This document shows, piece after piece, positions 1 to 11,480 of a DNA stretch of 64,000 nucleotides. How positions within the stretch are numbered: position 1 is the first letter of the stretch; each line of letters starts with the position of its first letter. The position numbers were made by a program, and so were the translations under genes. Where the stretch lies: NCBI GenBank assembly GCA_963707985.1, contig CAVPRW010000017.1, positions 288,001 through 352,000 on the forward strand, written 5' to 3'. The DNA comes from an uncultured Nitrospinota bacterium (GTDB lineage Bacteria > Tectomicrobia > Entotheonellia > J063 > CAVPRW01). The notes beneath the pieces were generated by a model. That model was not told where the DNA came from, searched no databases, and worked only from the letters and a program-made list of their open reading frames with translations.

Positions 1-79
1 TGCTGATCCATAAAGCCATGGCACCGCAGCAAGCGAGAAGGGAAATGGTCAAGGCCAGAGAGGACCGACGCATCTGCAT
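1..79 (-). CDS. N-terminus of a secreted protein running off the window edge (partial)
   Basis: Minus strand reads MQMRRSSLALTISLLACCGAMALWIS..., signal-peptide-like, preceded by a purine-rich RBS (GAAAGGGGGA). Confidence 0.5.
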   Translation of the reverse strand, partial: MQMRRSSLALTISLLACCGAMALWIS

Positions 80-432
80 GGTTCCCCCTTTCTCGAAGGA
101 ACTGTCCGCATGTCCCTGTAACATTGCCAAGCGCGAGCTCATGATGCGTATGAGGACATTAGACGCGGATCAGGAGCTCTGGCCTCGCGGTAAAGCGCTT
201 ACGAGCTTGAAGGCAGGATGTTCCGAAATGCCTTGAGGACTGTAAAGGATGCGTGCTAGTCATCATGAGCCCCCTGGTCAGCCGGCCGTAGGCTTGAGCA
301 ATTGTTCGCTCCGGAAGATGGGCGTATTGTAGAGGGGGTTGAATGGCGTGTCAACCGCCGCGCGCCGCAGCGGAGGAGACCCTCCGTCATCTCCTCGGCG
401 CTGAGGCGCCCGGTGCGGTGCACGGTCAATCT

Positions 433-2099
433 CTACCGGTCCAGCCACAGCGCGGCAGCGCGATTGCCGTAGTCGAAGCTGTGGTTGGGGGCAAAGTTCT
501 TCACGTACGGCTGCCAGGAGGTCGTGATCGTGTTGGAGTTCAGGTACACATAGTACTGCTGCTCCGCGACATAGCGCTGAATGTCGAAGATGAGCTGCTT
601 GCGCGCCTCCAGGTCCTTCGTGCGCCGCTGCTCCTTGAGCATGGCCGTGAGCGTAGCGTCATTGACGTGGCCCTGATTCCGGGATGAATCGGACGCATAG
701 GCGCGATACAGCCGCCCATCCGGTTCCCAGGCGACGCCGCTGGGACTATCTACCAGTCCCTCGAACTTGCCCTGCATCGTCGTGGCCGTATACGCGCCGT
801 TCTCCTGGATCTTGAGCTCGGCCTCGATGCCGACGTCTTTGAGGTAGCGCTGCACCAACACCGCCTCATCGATGCGGTCGCGTCCGAGGCCATTGGTCAC
901 CGTCAGCTGCGTCTTAAACCCCTTGGGATACCCGGCTTCCGCCAGTAGGCGCTTGGCCTCCTTTGGATCATACTCATAGTACTTCGCCCCTGCGCCGAGC
1001 TGCTCGATGGGCAACGTCCACTCCACCAGGCCACGGGAGACCGCCGGGGTCGGTGCAGCCCGGACCCAGACCGCCTCGTTGATCGCCCCGCGATCGATGG
1101 CGTGTGAGATGGCGCGCCGCACCCGCACATCGTTGAAGGGCGGCATATCGGTGCGCATGGTGACCACGCTCGATGTCTGGGACAGGAAATCCTGGTAGCG
1201 CAGGTGGGGGTGACTCTTCTTGAACGCCTCCAGGTCCTGTTGGCGCACGGCCCAATTGATCCCCGGGCCACAGTCGAGCTGCCCGGTGCGGTACATGGCC
1301 AGACCGGTCGATTCGTCGTTGATGACCAACCACTCGACCCCATCCACATAGGGCTGGCCCGTCGCGGTAGTAGTCCGGGTTGCGTTTGAACACCGTCTTG
1401 ACGTTCGGCTCATAGCGCTCCAGGATGAAGGGACCGGTGCCGATGGCCGTCTCCGACTCTCTTCAGGTCGCCGTATTGCTGAATCACTTCTGGGGCGATG
1501 ATCCACATGCTCGTTGGGTAGGCCAGCACACTGATGAACCAGACATATGGCTCTTTGAGGAGGAACTTCACCGTGTAGCGGTCTACCACCTCGATGCGGT
1601 CCACGGAGTCCAGCAGATAGCGGTTCACACTCCCTTTTTCCGTCAGGACGCGATCATAAGAGAATTTGACATCCTCGGCCACCAGCTCGCGGCCGTTGAC
1701 AGGCGGCTTGTTGTGCCATTTCACCCCTTGACGCAAATGGAAGACATAGGTGGTGTCGTCCAGCTCTTCCCAGCGTTCAGCCAGATCGGGCTCGATGATG
1801 AAGGTGCCCGGCGCAATGTCCGCACCGACTTTATGCCGCACCAGTTTACTGTAGACGAAGCCTGCGGCGCTCTGCGTAAAGCCAGCGGCGTTGAGATGGT
1901 GATCGAAGTTCGGGGGATCAAACCCACGCACGCGCAGGATGCCGCCGCGCTTGGGTTGCCCGGTTTCGCCGCCCCAGAGCAAGGATGGCCGAGCCAGCGG
2001 CCGCATGGCAAACGTTGCGCCAGCGACGAGGCCAGCGTTGAGCAGCTCACGGCGAGTCAGACGCAGAGCAGTTGGTTTGGCTGTAGACGGTGTCCTCAT
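433..2099 (-). CDS. ABC transporter substrate-binding protein, family 5 (peptide/nickel type), Tat-type signal; two apparent +1 frameshifts
   Basis: LTRRELL twin-Arg leader; PDLAERWE...YVFHLRQGVKWH; GTGPFILERYEP..KRNPDYY in a second frame (~1455-1360); PPFNDVRVRRAISHAIDR in a third frame. Confidence 0.85.
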
Positions 2100-2613
2100 G
2101 GTTATCCCTCCCTTCGGCAAGCTTGTGGTGTACGTGTGGCTCTGGTATCGTCATTCCTCCTGGCCGGATGCGGCTTCACATGCGCCTGAACCGCAGTGTC
2201 GGGGTTGGGCACAAGGCCAGCCCCAGGAACCGCCTTACCAAGAGCACGAAACAATGATGAAACCGCGAGATGTCCCTCCCCACTGGGAGGGGTTAGACGA
2301 GGGTGAGGAGTTGCGGCCGTACCAGGAACCAGGACGGCGCCGAAAGGCGCAGGAGGGTGAGATGTCGTAAGGAGAGATTTCCACGCGTGCGCTTCATGGG
2401 TCTATCCCCTTGGTCGATCTGGCATGAGAAAAGGGAGGCATGAGCAGCACAATACTGACAAAAACATCCTATCTTAGCGGGGTCAGTCTGTGGTGTCAAC
2501 GGCAATTCTGTGTACCGTGCAAGTAGTTGGGAGACCACCTCGTGATGACCATCAAGAGCTAGCAAACTCGCCTTGGTGGACACCTCTCGGCGCGGTGGAT
2601 GCTGTCGAGGGGC

Positions 2614-3756
2614 CTAGCGATTGAGCAGCTGCCGTGCGATGATCAAGCGCTGGATCTCCGAGGTGCCCTCGCCGATTTCGCAGATTTTGGCATCGCGCAG
2701 ATAGCGCTCCACAGGGTAATCCTTCATGTATCCATAGCCGCCGTGAATCTGCAGGGCTTGATTACAGGCTCGTGTCGCCGCCTCCGAGGCGTATACCTTG
2801 GCCATGGCCGATTCTTTGGTCACACGTAGCCCCTGGTCCTTCATCCAGGCAGCTCGTAGGATCAATAACCGCGCCGCATCCAGCTCAGTAGCCATGTCCG
2901 CAAGCTTCGATTGGATGGCTTGGAAGTGGGCAATGGGCTGTCCAAATTGCTCTCGCTGTTGTGCATACTTCAAAGCTTCCTCATACGCGCCACGACCGAT
3001 ACCCAGAGCCATGGCGGCGATGCTGATACGGCCTCCATCGAGGATGGTTAACGTGTCGATAAATCCCTCATTGATTCGGCCGAGGAGGTTTTCCTTGGGG
3101 ACGCGGACGTGGTCAAGGGCGAGTTGCGCGGTGTCGCTAGCGCGTACGCCCAACTTGTTCTTCATGGGAATGGCCGACAGTCCGGGGCTGCCACGTTCGA
3201 GAATAAATGCCGAGATGCCATGTTGCTTTTGGGATTTTTCCGTGGCTGCCATGATCACGTAAATATCTGCCACGCTTCCCTGGGTAATGAAGATTTTTGA
3301 GCCATTCAGCACCCACTCATCGCCGTCCATGACGGCTGTTGTTTGCGTGCCGCTGGCATCGCTCCCGGCATTGGGCTCGGTCAACCCCCAGGCACCCAGT
3401 TTCTCGCCTCGGGCCAATGGTGCGAGATAACGGCGTCGCTGTGCCTCACTGCCCACACTATAGATATGGTTGGCGCACAACGAGGTGTGTGAAGCGACGA
3501 TGATTCCGATCGAGCCGTCGATCCGCGACAGCTCTTCGAGCACCAACGCATAGCTCAGATAGTCCAGTCCTGCGCCACCATCGGCCTCTGGAAAGATGAT
3601 GCCTAGCAGATTCAGGTCTGCCAGCTTTCGCACGGCCTCCCAAGGGAAAGTGCAGGTCTCATCCCACTCCGCAGCATAGGGTGCAATCTCCTTGGCAGCA
3701 AAATCGCGCGCGAGTTGTTGCGTCATGCGTTGTGCTTCGGTCAACCGAAAGTCCAT
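2614..3756 (-). CDS. Acyl-CoA dehydrogenase
   Basis: [47 protein letters not shown] motifs; start set at MDFRLTE. Confidence 0.95.
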   Translation of the reverse strand: MDFRLTEAQRMTQQLARDFAAKEIAPYAAEWDETCTFPWEAVRKLADLNLLGIIFPEADGGAGLDYLSYALVLEELSRIDGSIGIIVASHTSLCANHIYSVGSEAQRRRYLAPLARGEKLGAWGLTEPNAGSDASGTQTTAVMDGDEWVLNGSKIFITQGSVADIYVIMAATEKSQKQHGISAFILERGSPGLSAIPMKNKLGVRASDTAQLALDHVRVPKENLLGRINEGFIDTLTILDGGRISIAAMALGIGRGAYEEALKYAQQREQFGQPIAHFQAIQSKLADMATELDAARLLILRAAWMKDQGLRVTKESAMAKVYASEAATRACNQALQIHGGYGYMKDYPVERYLRDAKICEIGEGTSEIQRLIIARQLLNR

Positions 3757-3993
3757 ATCGCGTGCTCCCCTCCCTGGTCCCCGCTGTCCCTTAGAAGAGC
3801 AGGCCCCGCAGTGCCGTGATCCGGGGAAAAGGGGTTGGCGGAGCCACGGCTCAGGACGCTCACGATGCTCATCCACCCCCGTCTGGTGTGCACCCTCGTT
3901 ACATGGACTACTGAGCAAAGCCTAGCATAGCCGTGGACAAGTTGCCATGCGAAGGGGTCGGGCATCATCCGGCAGTTAACTCGGGGTAAACCA

Positions 3994-4022
3994 TTGACAC
4001 CCTTGTCGAGCACTCCTAGAAT
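3994..4022 (+). promoter_or_regulatory. Sigma70-type promoter for the dGTPase gene
   Basis: TTGACA-N17-TAGAAT in the intergenic region. Confidence 0.7.
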
Positions 4023-4156
4023 GTCGCTGTCAGAGGCATGTGCAGGCGGACAGTGTCTACTGTCTACGGTTGATCTTATCGCCTGTAGGGAAGATGGTCG
4101 AACCCCTGTCGAGCGACCGGCGCAGGTGTGGTGTTCGTTTGGTGAGGATCGGGCCT

Positions 4157-5309
4157 ATGCTCGGGCGTGAGGATCTAGAGCGGCGTGAAGAGGAGATGCT
4201 TGCCCCCTACGCATTCAGGAGTGTGCACTCCCATGGACGAGCCTATCGTGAGGAGGAGCATCCCTTTCGCCTGGCATTTCAGCGCGATCGTGATCGTATC
4301 GTGCATTCTACGGCCTTTCGACGCCTGGAGTACAAGACGCAGGTGTTTGTGAATCATGAGGGGGACCACTTCCGTACGCGTCTGACCCATACCTTGGAGG
4401 TCGCGCAGATTGCCCGCACGATCGCTCGGAGCCTGCGCTTGAATGAGGATCTCACCGAGGCCATTGCCCTGGCTCACGACCTGGGTCATCCGCCGTTTGG
4501 CCATGCCGGCGAGCGCGCGATGAACGAGATGATGCAGCCGTTCGGCGGATTCGAACATAACGTCCAGAGCTTGCGTATCGTCGAGGTGTTAGAAGAGCGC
4601 TATCCCGAGTTCCCCGGGTTGAATCTGACCTGGGAGACGCGTACGGGCTTGAAGAAGCATCAGCCCCGGTTCTTGCCTCCCGATGCCAATGGTCTGACAG
4701 TGGCGGTTGGACCCAGCCTGGAAGCCCAAATCACCGACTACGCCGATGAGATCGCCTACAATAACCATGATATCGACGATGGTTTAACCTCGCAAATGAT
4801 TGAGCTTGACAGCCTGTGCCAGGTGCCCCTGTGGGAAGAACACTTTCGCGAGGTACAACACCGCTTCCCCCAAGCTCCACGCAAAATCCTCTGGCGCCAG
4901 AGCGTACGGTCGATCATTAACAGCCTGGTGGTGTGATCTGTGCGAGGAGACGCTCAGACGCCTGGCGGCCATGGGGATCAACCAGGTCGCCGATGTCCTA
5001 TCGGCCCCGCAGCCAGTGGTAGGATTTGGCCAAGTTATGGAGCGCAAGAATGCAGAGCTCAAGCAGTTTCTGCTGGAATATCTCTATCGCCACTATCGGG
5101 TGATCCGCATGGCCGAGAAAGCGCGACGCATCATCCACGATCTCTTCAAGGTGTATGCTGACTCTCCCAGACAGCTGCCGCCAAGCTTCTCTACTCGCAT
5201 AGCGATAGAAGGAATGCCTCGCGTGGTCTGCGACTACATCGCTGGGATGACTGATCGGTTCGCCCTCGAAGAACATCGCAAGCTCTTTGATCCTCATGCC
5301 CGCGTCTGA
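4157..5309 (+). CDS. dgt: Deoxyguanosinetriphosphate triphosphohydrolase (HD domain); apparent +1 frameshift at ~4930
   Basis: [52 protein letters not shown]-terminal [11 protein letters not shown] in the next frame. Confidence 0.9.
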
Positions 5310-5380
5310 TCCGCCACCGTCAGGGCTATAGACGTCATCATTAGAGCAACAGGTAGTATCCAGAAGCATGGGAATCGCGC

Positions 5381-6019
5381 ATGCAACGCGAAGAACGTCG
5401 TGAACAGGTCTTGCGCTCAGCCATGGAGGTATTCGCCCATAAGGGCTATCACGCCACGAGTGTGGGGGATATCATCAAGAGGGCACAAATCGCCCGGGGC
5501 ACGTTTTATCTCTATTTCGAAACCAAGCGTCAAATTTTCGAGGCAATTCTCGAGATGGCTTTGCAGGGGTTGGTCAGTCGCCTGCAGCGCATCGAGCTCT
5601 CGCCGCAGAGCCCTCCACCTCTTGAGCAGCTGCGTGCCAATGTCGGCCGCGTCATCGCCTTCCTGCTATCAGAGCGGGAGCTGACGCAGATTTTATTACG
5701 CCACGCCGACGGGTTGGATGCTGACTTCGACAGACGATTATCTGAGTTCTATGACACCATCATGAACCTCATAGAAGGGGTTCTCCGCGCCGGACAACTG
5801 ATGGCGCTCGTGCGGCCCTGTGATCGGCGTATCGTGGCGGCCTGTATTCTGGGCAGTATCAAGGAGGTCATGGCGAGGCTCACCTCAGACGCAAGTCAGG
5901 CGCCGCCGCTCCAGGTGGTGGTTGATGAAGTCGTCAATTTCGGCCTGCAGGGGATCTTCTGCGACCCGGAACCAGGGTTGCAGAGCCCTGAAGAGCCTAG
6001 CAAACAGGCGGAGCAGTGA
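5381..6019 (+). CDS. TetR/AcrR family transcriptional regulator
   Basis: N-terminal HTH FAHKGYHATSVGDIIKRAQIARGTFYLYFETK. Confidence 0.92.
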   Translation: MQREERREQVLRSAMEVFAHKGYHATSVGDIIKRAQIARGTFYLYFETKRQIFEAILEMALQGLVSRLQRIELSPQSPPPLEQLRANVGRVIAFLLSERELTQILLRHADGLDADFDRRLSEFYDTIMNLIEGVLRAGQLMALVRPCDRRIVAACILGSIKEVMARLTSDASQAPPLQVVVDEVVNFGLQGIFCDPEPGLQSPEEPSKQAEQ

Positions 6020-6289
6020 GCCTGGGTTGGACTGGTCGTCGGTGCTGATATGATCACATTACGAGGCGGTATGCGGGTGATATCCCTTGACTTCCGCGGT
6101 TCGGATGCAGTATAAGTGGTCCGCAGCCGTACGGCAAGTAAGCTATGCTGCGGTAGATCATTAAGCAGTATGCCAGGAGTTGGTAGCGCGCGTGTGCTGC
6201 TAGTCCTCCGAGGATGGATCAGCATCAGAGTGCGTTCTGGTAGGGAAAGGACATAGAGTTCCTGGTGACTTGAGCGAGGGAGGTGACCA

Positions 6290-6655
6290 ATGAGGAGGAT
6301 CAGTACAGTACTTATCTTGCTTCTGTGTAGTATATTTTCATTGGCGCTGGTTGCCTCAATCATGGCGGGTGCCGCATCTTCAGCAAAGATGCAGCCGTAT
6401 GAAGGACAGATTAAGGCCATTAAAGTCGACAAATGTGGTCTACAGCCTGGATCCTGTGAAGGCTCGGTCATCCTGGCAAGGGCAGCCGGTGCTGGAGAAA
6501 TCACTCTAGCCATCAAACCGGGGACCTGGCTGAAACGTGGCGATCAGCTCGTGACCATCGACGAACTCGGCGTGGGCAATTACGTGAAGGTTGAGGCTGT
6601 GCAACTTCCTGGTCAGCAGCTGCAACAGATTACCATTCTGAGCAGTGATGGGTAA
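6290..6655 (+). CDS. Secreted hypothetical protein with Cx6C motif (paralog 1)
   Basis: Signal peptide, RBS GGAGGTG, near-identical paralog downstream. Confidence 0.75.
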   Translation: MRRISTVLILLLCSIFSLALVASIMAGAASSAKMQPYEGQIKAIKVDKCGLQPGSCEGSVILARAAGAGEITLAIKPGTWLKRGDQLVTIDELGVGNYVKVEAVQLPGQQLQQITILSSDG

Positions 6656-6860
6656 GGCCTCGAAGTCTCGCATCCCATGCCGTCTTGCCCGACCTTTGCA
6701 AATAGCATTATGACCATTCTTTGACGGTACGGTATACATCCCTGCTCCACAGATGCAGCGCTCGATGCGTGGAAGTATTCCTCCGCAGGCTAAGGCGCCA
6801 CCAGGGTGGCCTTCGGGGGAAAACAGAATCGACGGGAACTTGAGCGAGGGGGGTGGTCAA

Positions 6861-7232
6861 ATGAAGCGGGTAAGAATAGGTGGTATGTGCTTTCTGTGTA
6901 TGGTGTTATCGTGGGCTCTTGTATCGTTGGTGATGGCAGGCGCAGCTTCGAAAGCCACGGTGCAGCCATACGAAGGGCAGATCAAGTCGATCAAAGTCGA
7001 CAAGTGCGGGCTGCAACCCGGCTCCTGCGAGGGCTCTGTCATCCTGGCAAAGGTAGGCGGTGGTGGAGAGGTTACTCTAGCCATCAAACCAGGGACGTGG
7101 TTGAAACGTGGTACTCAGCTCGTGACCATCGATGAGCTCGGCGTAGGCAACCACGTGAAGGTCGAAGCCGTGCAGCTGCCTGGTGAACCGCTGCAGCGCA
7201 TCACGATCCTGAGTTCCGAGCAAGGAGACTGA
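6861..7232 (+). CDS. Secreted hypothetical protein with Cx6C motif (paralog 2)
   Basis: Signal peptide; mature region QPYEGQIK...CGLQPGSCEGS...ITILSS shared with 6290..6655. Confidence 0.75.
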   Translation: MKRVRIGGMCFLCMVLSWALVSLVMAGAASKATVQPYEGQIKSIKVDKCGLQPGSCEGSVILAKVGGGGEVTLAIKPGTWLKRGTQLVTIDELGVGNHVKVEAVQLPGEPLQRITILSSEQGD

Positions 7233-7311
7233 GCCAAAGCCTCGGGCTCATGCCAACCCACCCGAAACTCTGGGTGTGATGAAGCGTGTGTGCTGAGGCA
7301 ATGTCTGACTC

Positions 7312-7351
7312 CCGGGCTTCATGTCTGGGGCTGACCAGACATGGAGCCCGG
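7312..7351. repeat. 17-bp stem inverted repeat (possible terminator or stability hairpin)
   Basis: CCGGGCTTCATGTCTGG-ggctga-CCAGACATGGAGCCCGG, one G-U pair. Confidence 0.6.
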
Positions 7352-7692
7352 ATCATACTGGGTCCGACACCACGATCATGGTCTAGCCGCATTGAGACCA
7401 CCCGTTGAGAGATCTCCGTGCCTTGCCGACGCTCACGCAGCGTGCGCTGGGCTGGCGATCATCATAGCCCGTACCTGGGCTCAAGAATTCACTCTCCTGA
7501 AGACCTCCGCAAGCATAGCACGCCCATGTGTGTTCTGTGCGTATGGATGGTATGATACTGTTTGGCTCGTGTGTCAGTTCTGACACCTGATCGCAGCGTG
7601 ATCTCACGAACAATAGAAGGACATGGCCCATGTCCTGATAGATCCGCCATGCGAACGCTTAACGTCGATTTGACCGGCCCAGCTTTGGGGGG

Positions 7693-8343
7693 ATGAACGC
7701 CATGTTTATCGTGGAAAAGTGGATGACCAAAGACGTCATCACGGTGCTGCCCCACGACAAAATCATCGATGCCTTTGAGCTCATGCAAGGACAGGGGATC
7801 CGTCATCTCCCGGTGGTCGAGAATGGTGAGCTGAAAGGACTGGTTACTGACCGCGATATCCGCCTGGCCTTAATTCCGTCGCCGTTGTCGACGCCGGAGG
7901 ATCGGATGTATCATTTGGGCGCCCTGGAGCAGGTCGAGGAAATCATGAGCTCAGACCTCATCACCGTGGCACCAACGGCGACCATTGAAGAGGCTGCCAA
8001 GCTCATGGCACAGCATAAGATCGGCGCGGTGCCCGTGGTCGCGCATGGCAAACTGGTTGGAATCCTGACCGAAACGGACATCCTTTGCGTCTTCATCGAG
8101 ATGCTGGAAACAATCCAATCGAGCTCACGTCTCGATGTGGTGCTCGCGAATCGGCCGAACGCTTTGGATGAAGTGCATCGTCTACTCGAAGCAGGCCATG
8201 CGAAAGTGATTAGCGTGAGCATGTCTCCAGAGAAAACTGCCGGCTCCAAGGTGTATTCTTTCCGTATTCAGCGGACACCGCTCGAACCCCTCGTGCTCAT
8301 GCTGGAGAATGCCGGTTATCACGTCGTCCAGGCCCTCGAATAG
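7693..8343 (+). CDS. CBS-pair plus ACT-like domain protein (AcuB-like)
   Basis: Two CBS motifs (IRHLPVV..GLVTDRDI; IGAVPVV..GILTETD) and a C-terminal ACT-like region. Confidence 0.85.
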   Translation: MNAMFIVEKWMTKDVITVLPHDKIIDAFELMQGQGIRHLPVVENGELKGLVTDRDIRLALIPSPLSTPEDRMYHLGALEQVEEIMSSDLITVAPTATIEEAAKLMAQHKIGAVPVVAHGKLVGILTETDILCVFIEMLETIQSSSRLDVVLANRPNALDEVHRLLEAGHAKVISVSMSPEKTAGSKVYSFRIQRTPLEPLVLMLENAGYHVVQALE

Positions 8344-8350
8344 ACTGAGC

Positions 8351-9484
8351 ATGCCTTCAACTGTGCGCCCGTCCTCCACACACTCCTCTCCGGTGGGATG
8401 GTACCAGCGGCTGCTGCAGCCGTTGATGTTTCGCCTCGATCCTGAACGCGCTCATCACCTGGCGCTATGGTTCTTGCAGCGGTTGGCGCAAATGCCGTCT
8501 CTGCTGAAGCTGTGGCAACATTGGCAGCCGCTTGCGCCCACTGCCTTGCAGATGCAGGTGGCCGGCCTGCACTTCCCAAACCCGGTTGGGCTTGCCGCCG
8601 GTTTCGATAAGAGCGCGACTGCCGTCGCCGCCTTTCAGACTTTGGGCTTTGGCTTTGTCGAAGTCGGGACCGTGACGCCACGGCCGCAGGTCGGTAATCC
8701 AGCACCTCGCTTGTTCCGTCTGCCGCCCGATGAAGCAGTGATTAACCGCATGGGATTCAACAACGATGGGGCAGCAGCAATAGCTCGGCGCCTCAAGCTC
8801 TCGCCTGGCCGAACGCCCATTGGCGTCAACCTGGGCAAGAATGCCGACACGCCCCTTGAGCAGGCGCTCGACGATTACTGCTCCTGTCTCCAGGACCTCT
8901 TCGATGTGGGGAGTTATGTCGTCGTCAATGTCAGCTCGCCCAATACAGCAGGCCTGCGCACATTGCAAATCTCTGACAACCTTCGTCGATTACTTAGGGG
9001 CGTACAGGACTGTAATCAAGCCCTGGCACGCCTGCGACAGGTCCAACCTCGTCCGCTGTTCGTAAAAATCGCTCCTGATTTGCGGGAACATGAACTAGAC
9101 GACATTGTCGAGGTCGTTCAAGCGTGTGCCCTGGACGGAATCGTTGCGACAAACACGACCACCAGTCGGGAAGGCCTGACCACCGTGATTGCCGAGCCAG
9201 GCGGTCTGAGTGGTCGGCCGCTACGCCAACGGTCGACAGACGTCATTCGGTATGTGTATCGTCGGGCAGAAGGCCGTATTCCGCTCATCGGCGTCGGTGG
9301 CATTTTTTCGGCAGAAGATGCCTATGAGAAAATCTGTGCTGGCGCCACACTGGTGCAACTCTATACTGGTCTCATCTACCGTGGACCTGGACTGCCGCAC
9401 CGTATCAATGTCGGACTCGTGCGCTTGCTCGAGCGTGATGGTTTGACACATCTGTCGCAGGCTGTCGGCCGCGCAGCGCTATGA
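8351..9484 (+). CDS. pyrD: Quinone-dependent dihydroorotate dehydrogenase
   Basis: NPVGLAAGFDK, GTVTPRPQ.GN, INRMGFNN, NVSSPNT, GGLSG motifs. Confidence 0.95.
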   Translation: MPSTVRPSSTHSSPVGWYQRLLQPLMFRLDPERAHHLALWFLQRLAQMPSLLKLWQHWQPLAPTALQMQVAGLHFPNPVGLAAGFDKSATAVAAFQTLGFGFVEVGTVTPRPQVGNPAPRLFRLPPDEAVINRMGFNNDGAAAIARRLKLSPGRTPIGVNLGKNADTPLEQALDDYCSCLQDLFDVGSYVVVNVSSPNTAGLRTLQISDNLRRLLRGVQDCNQALARLRQVQPRPLFVKIAPDLREHELDDIVEVVQACALDGIVATNTTTSREGLTTVIAEPGGLSGRPLRQRSTDVIRYVYRRAEGRIPLIGVGGIFSAEDAYEKICAGATLVQLYTGLIYRGPGLPHRINVGLVRLLERDGLTHLSQAVGRAAL

Positions 9485-10414
9485 GAGCCCCAACAGGCGT
9501 GCGATGTTACCCCCCAGAATCGACTCGACGGCTTCACGCGGTGTGTTCAGTTCGTGCAAAATCTCTATCTGTTGTTGGAAAATATCCTGTCGCCAGCCCC
9601 GCGGAAAGATGTTGGAATCGGTGCCGAACAGGATCCGCTGTGGCCCGAAGACCTCTAGAGTCTTGTCGAACACGGTCTTCAGGTCGAGATGCGAGGGCAT
9701 ATAGGTGAGCCAGGTGTTCGAGCTCGAGGTATCGACATAGATGTTAGGAGCTTGGGCACCGAGCATGAGGACCTCACGGAAATACCCACAGCCGAAATGG
9801 GGAATGATAAAGTTGGCGCGGGGGAATTCGATTGCTGCCTGGTGCAGATCGATGGGATCGGCATAGCGCAAGTCGAAGACGTTCGGCAAACCAAGTTTGT
9901 CGCGGATGCTGACTTTCAGAACGCCAAAATGCATAAAGACTGGGATGGCCAGCTCGGTTGCTGCCTGATAGAGCGGGTATAGGCGCTCATCGTAGGCGTG
10001 GAAATGGTGCATGGCTGGAAATAATGTGACCCCTTTGAGACCCTGGCGCTGCACGCCCTGGCGCAGGACATCGACGGCATTGGGCTGCGTGGGGTCGAGC
10101 ATGATGTAGCCGGTGATGCGCTCGGGGAACGCCTGCGCTGCTGCGGCCACCGCGTCATGATCGCCGGGGACGCTGGTAAACATGATGAGCCGTTCGATGC
10201 CGTACTTATCCATTTCCTCTACCCAGTGTTGCCCCAGTTGCGCGGCATCATCCGGGGGGATTTCGACCCCTAGACGCTGAGCCACCGCTGTCAGTGGGGC
10301 CTCAGCCGGGAGGTTCTGCTGTGCCAGGCGAGCAAACGTCTGGAAAAAGCGGCGTGAGAAGAAATGCGTATGGGCGTCAATTACGCGTATGTTGCCCCAG
10401 GGTGTGCTGATCAT
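9479..10414 (-). CDS. Amidohydrolase family 2 protein
   Basis: IDAHTH, HFG, PHFG, VDTS, ILFGTD metal-binding motifs. Confidence 0.88.
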   Translation of the reverse strand: MISTPWGNIRVIDAHTHFFSRRFFQTFARLAQQNLPAEAPLTAVAQRLGVEIPPDDAAQLGQHWVEEMDKYGIERLIMFTSVPGDHDAVAAAAQAFPERITGYIMLDPTQPNAVDVLRQGVQRQGLKGVTLFPAMHHFHAYDERLYPLYQAATELAIPVFMHFGVLKVSIRDKLGLPNVFDLRYADPIDLHQAAIEFPRANFIIPHFGCGYFREVLMLGAQAPNIYVDTSSSNTWLTYMPSHLDLKTVFDKTLEVFGPQRILFGTDSNIFPRGWRQDIFQQQIEILHELNTPREAVESILGGNIARLLGLS

Positions 10415-10702
10415 GCTAGGCCCCCTCCAAAAGCTCCGCTGCAAATGGCCATCGTTTCCATGCCTGCATTGTACCATGAGATGAGACGAGGATTGCATTT
10501 TGCCGAAAGACTTCGGTATGATGATGGGCACGCGGGTACCGTTTGCCCACCGCACATAGTCTTGCGAGCTCAGCATTCCAGTGGGCAAGGCGTGCCCAAC
10601 GGCTTGCCGCGAGGATAACCTCAAATACCCCCCTTAGGATTTCAGGTGTCATGTCGGTACCTGATCGAAGCAGTAACTACGGGAATGTCACGGTAGGGAT
10701 AG

Positions 10703-11473
10703 ATGATGCTGGGTCTGGTGGAGAGCCTTGGTGGCACAGTCATTGGCTGGATCGCGGGCATGGGGCGGATGTTGATCCTGCTCGTCACCGCCTTGTTTTG
10801 GGCCTTTGTCCCTCCATTCCGTTTGTATCGGCTAGCGCGTCAGATTCATTTTATGGGATGGCGGTCCCTGCTCGTCGTGGTTCTCACCGGAGCGTTTACC
10901 GGCATGGTCTTGGGGCTACAGGGTTATTATACATTGAGCAAATTTGGCGCCACCGCGCTGCTCGGCCCGGCGGTCGCCCTCAGCCTCATCCGTGAGATTG
11001 GCCCGGTGCTGTGCGCCCTGGTGGTCACCGGACGGGCAGGCTCGGCGATGGCCGCGGAAATCGGCATCATGCGTATTACCGACCAGATCGATGCGCTCTC
11101 GGTGATGGCGCTCAACCCCACCAAGTACCTGATCAGTCCCAACATCTTAGCGGGGTTGATTACGTTGCCCCTGCTCACTGCCATCGCGGATGTGGTTGGG
11201 ATCTACGGTGGTTATTTGGTGGGCGTGCAGTTATTGGGGGTAGGCCAGGGGGTCTATTTCGGTGAGATGAAAGCGATCTTGGGCATGTACGATATCTCGA
11301 TTGGCTTCTGGAAGTCGTTGAGTTTTGGTCTCATCATCAGTTGGGTCTGCTGCTACAAAGGGTTCTATACCAGGTTTGGAGCCGAAGGGGTCAGTCAGGC
11401 AACGACCGAGGCCGTCGTGCTGTCCTCCGTGTGGATTCTCATTTGCGATTATTTTCTGACCTCAGTGTTGTAG
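10703..11473 (+). CDS. mlaE: MlaE/Ttg2B lipid ABC transporter permease
   Basis: REIGPVL..TGRAGSAMAAEIGIMRITDQIDAL; GAEGVSQATT. Confidence 0.92.
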   Translation: MMLGLVESLGGTVIGWIAGMGRMLILLVTALFWAFVPPFRLYRLARQIHFMGWRSLLVVVLTGAFTGMVLGLQGYYTLSKFGATALLGPAVALSLIREIGPVLCALVVTGRAGSAMAAEIGIMRITDQIDALSVMALNPTKYLISPNILAGLITLPLLTAIADVVGIYGGYLVGVQLLGVGQGVYFGEMKAILGMYDISIGFWKSLSFGLIISWVCCYKGFYTRFGAEGVSQATTEAVVLSSVWILICDYFLTSVL

Positions 11474-11480
11474 GTGAGAC

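Noticed and set aside
4157..5309. dGTPase as an anti-phage defence system
   Set aside because: Short housekeeping-type enzyme in a metabolic neighbourhood with no defence genes nearby
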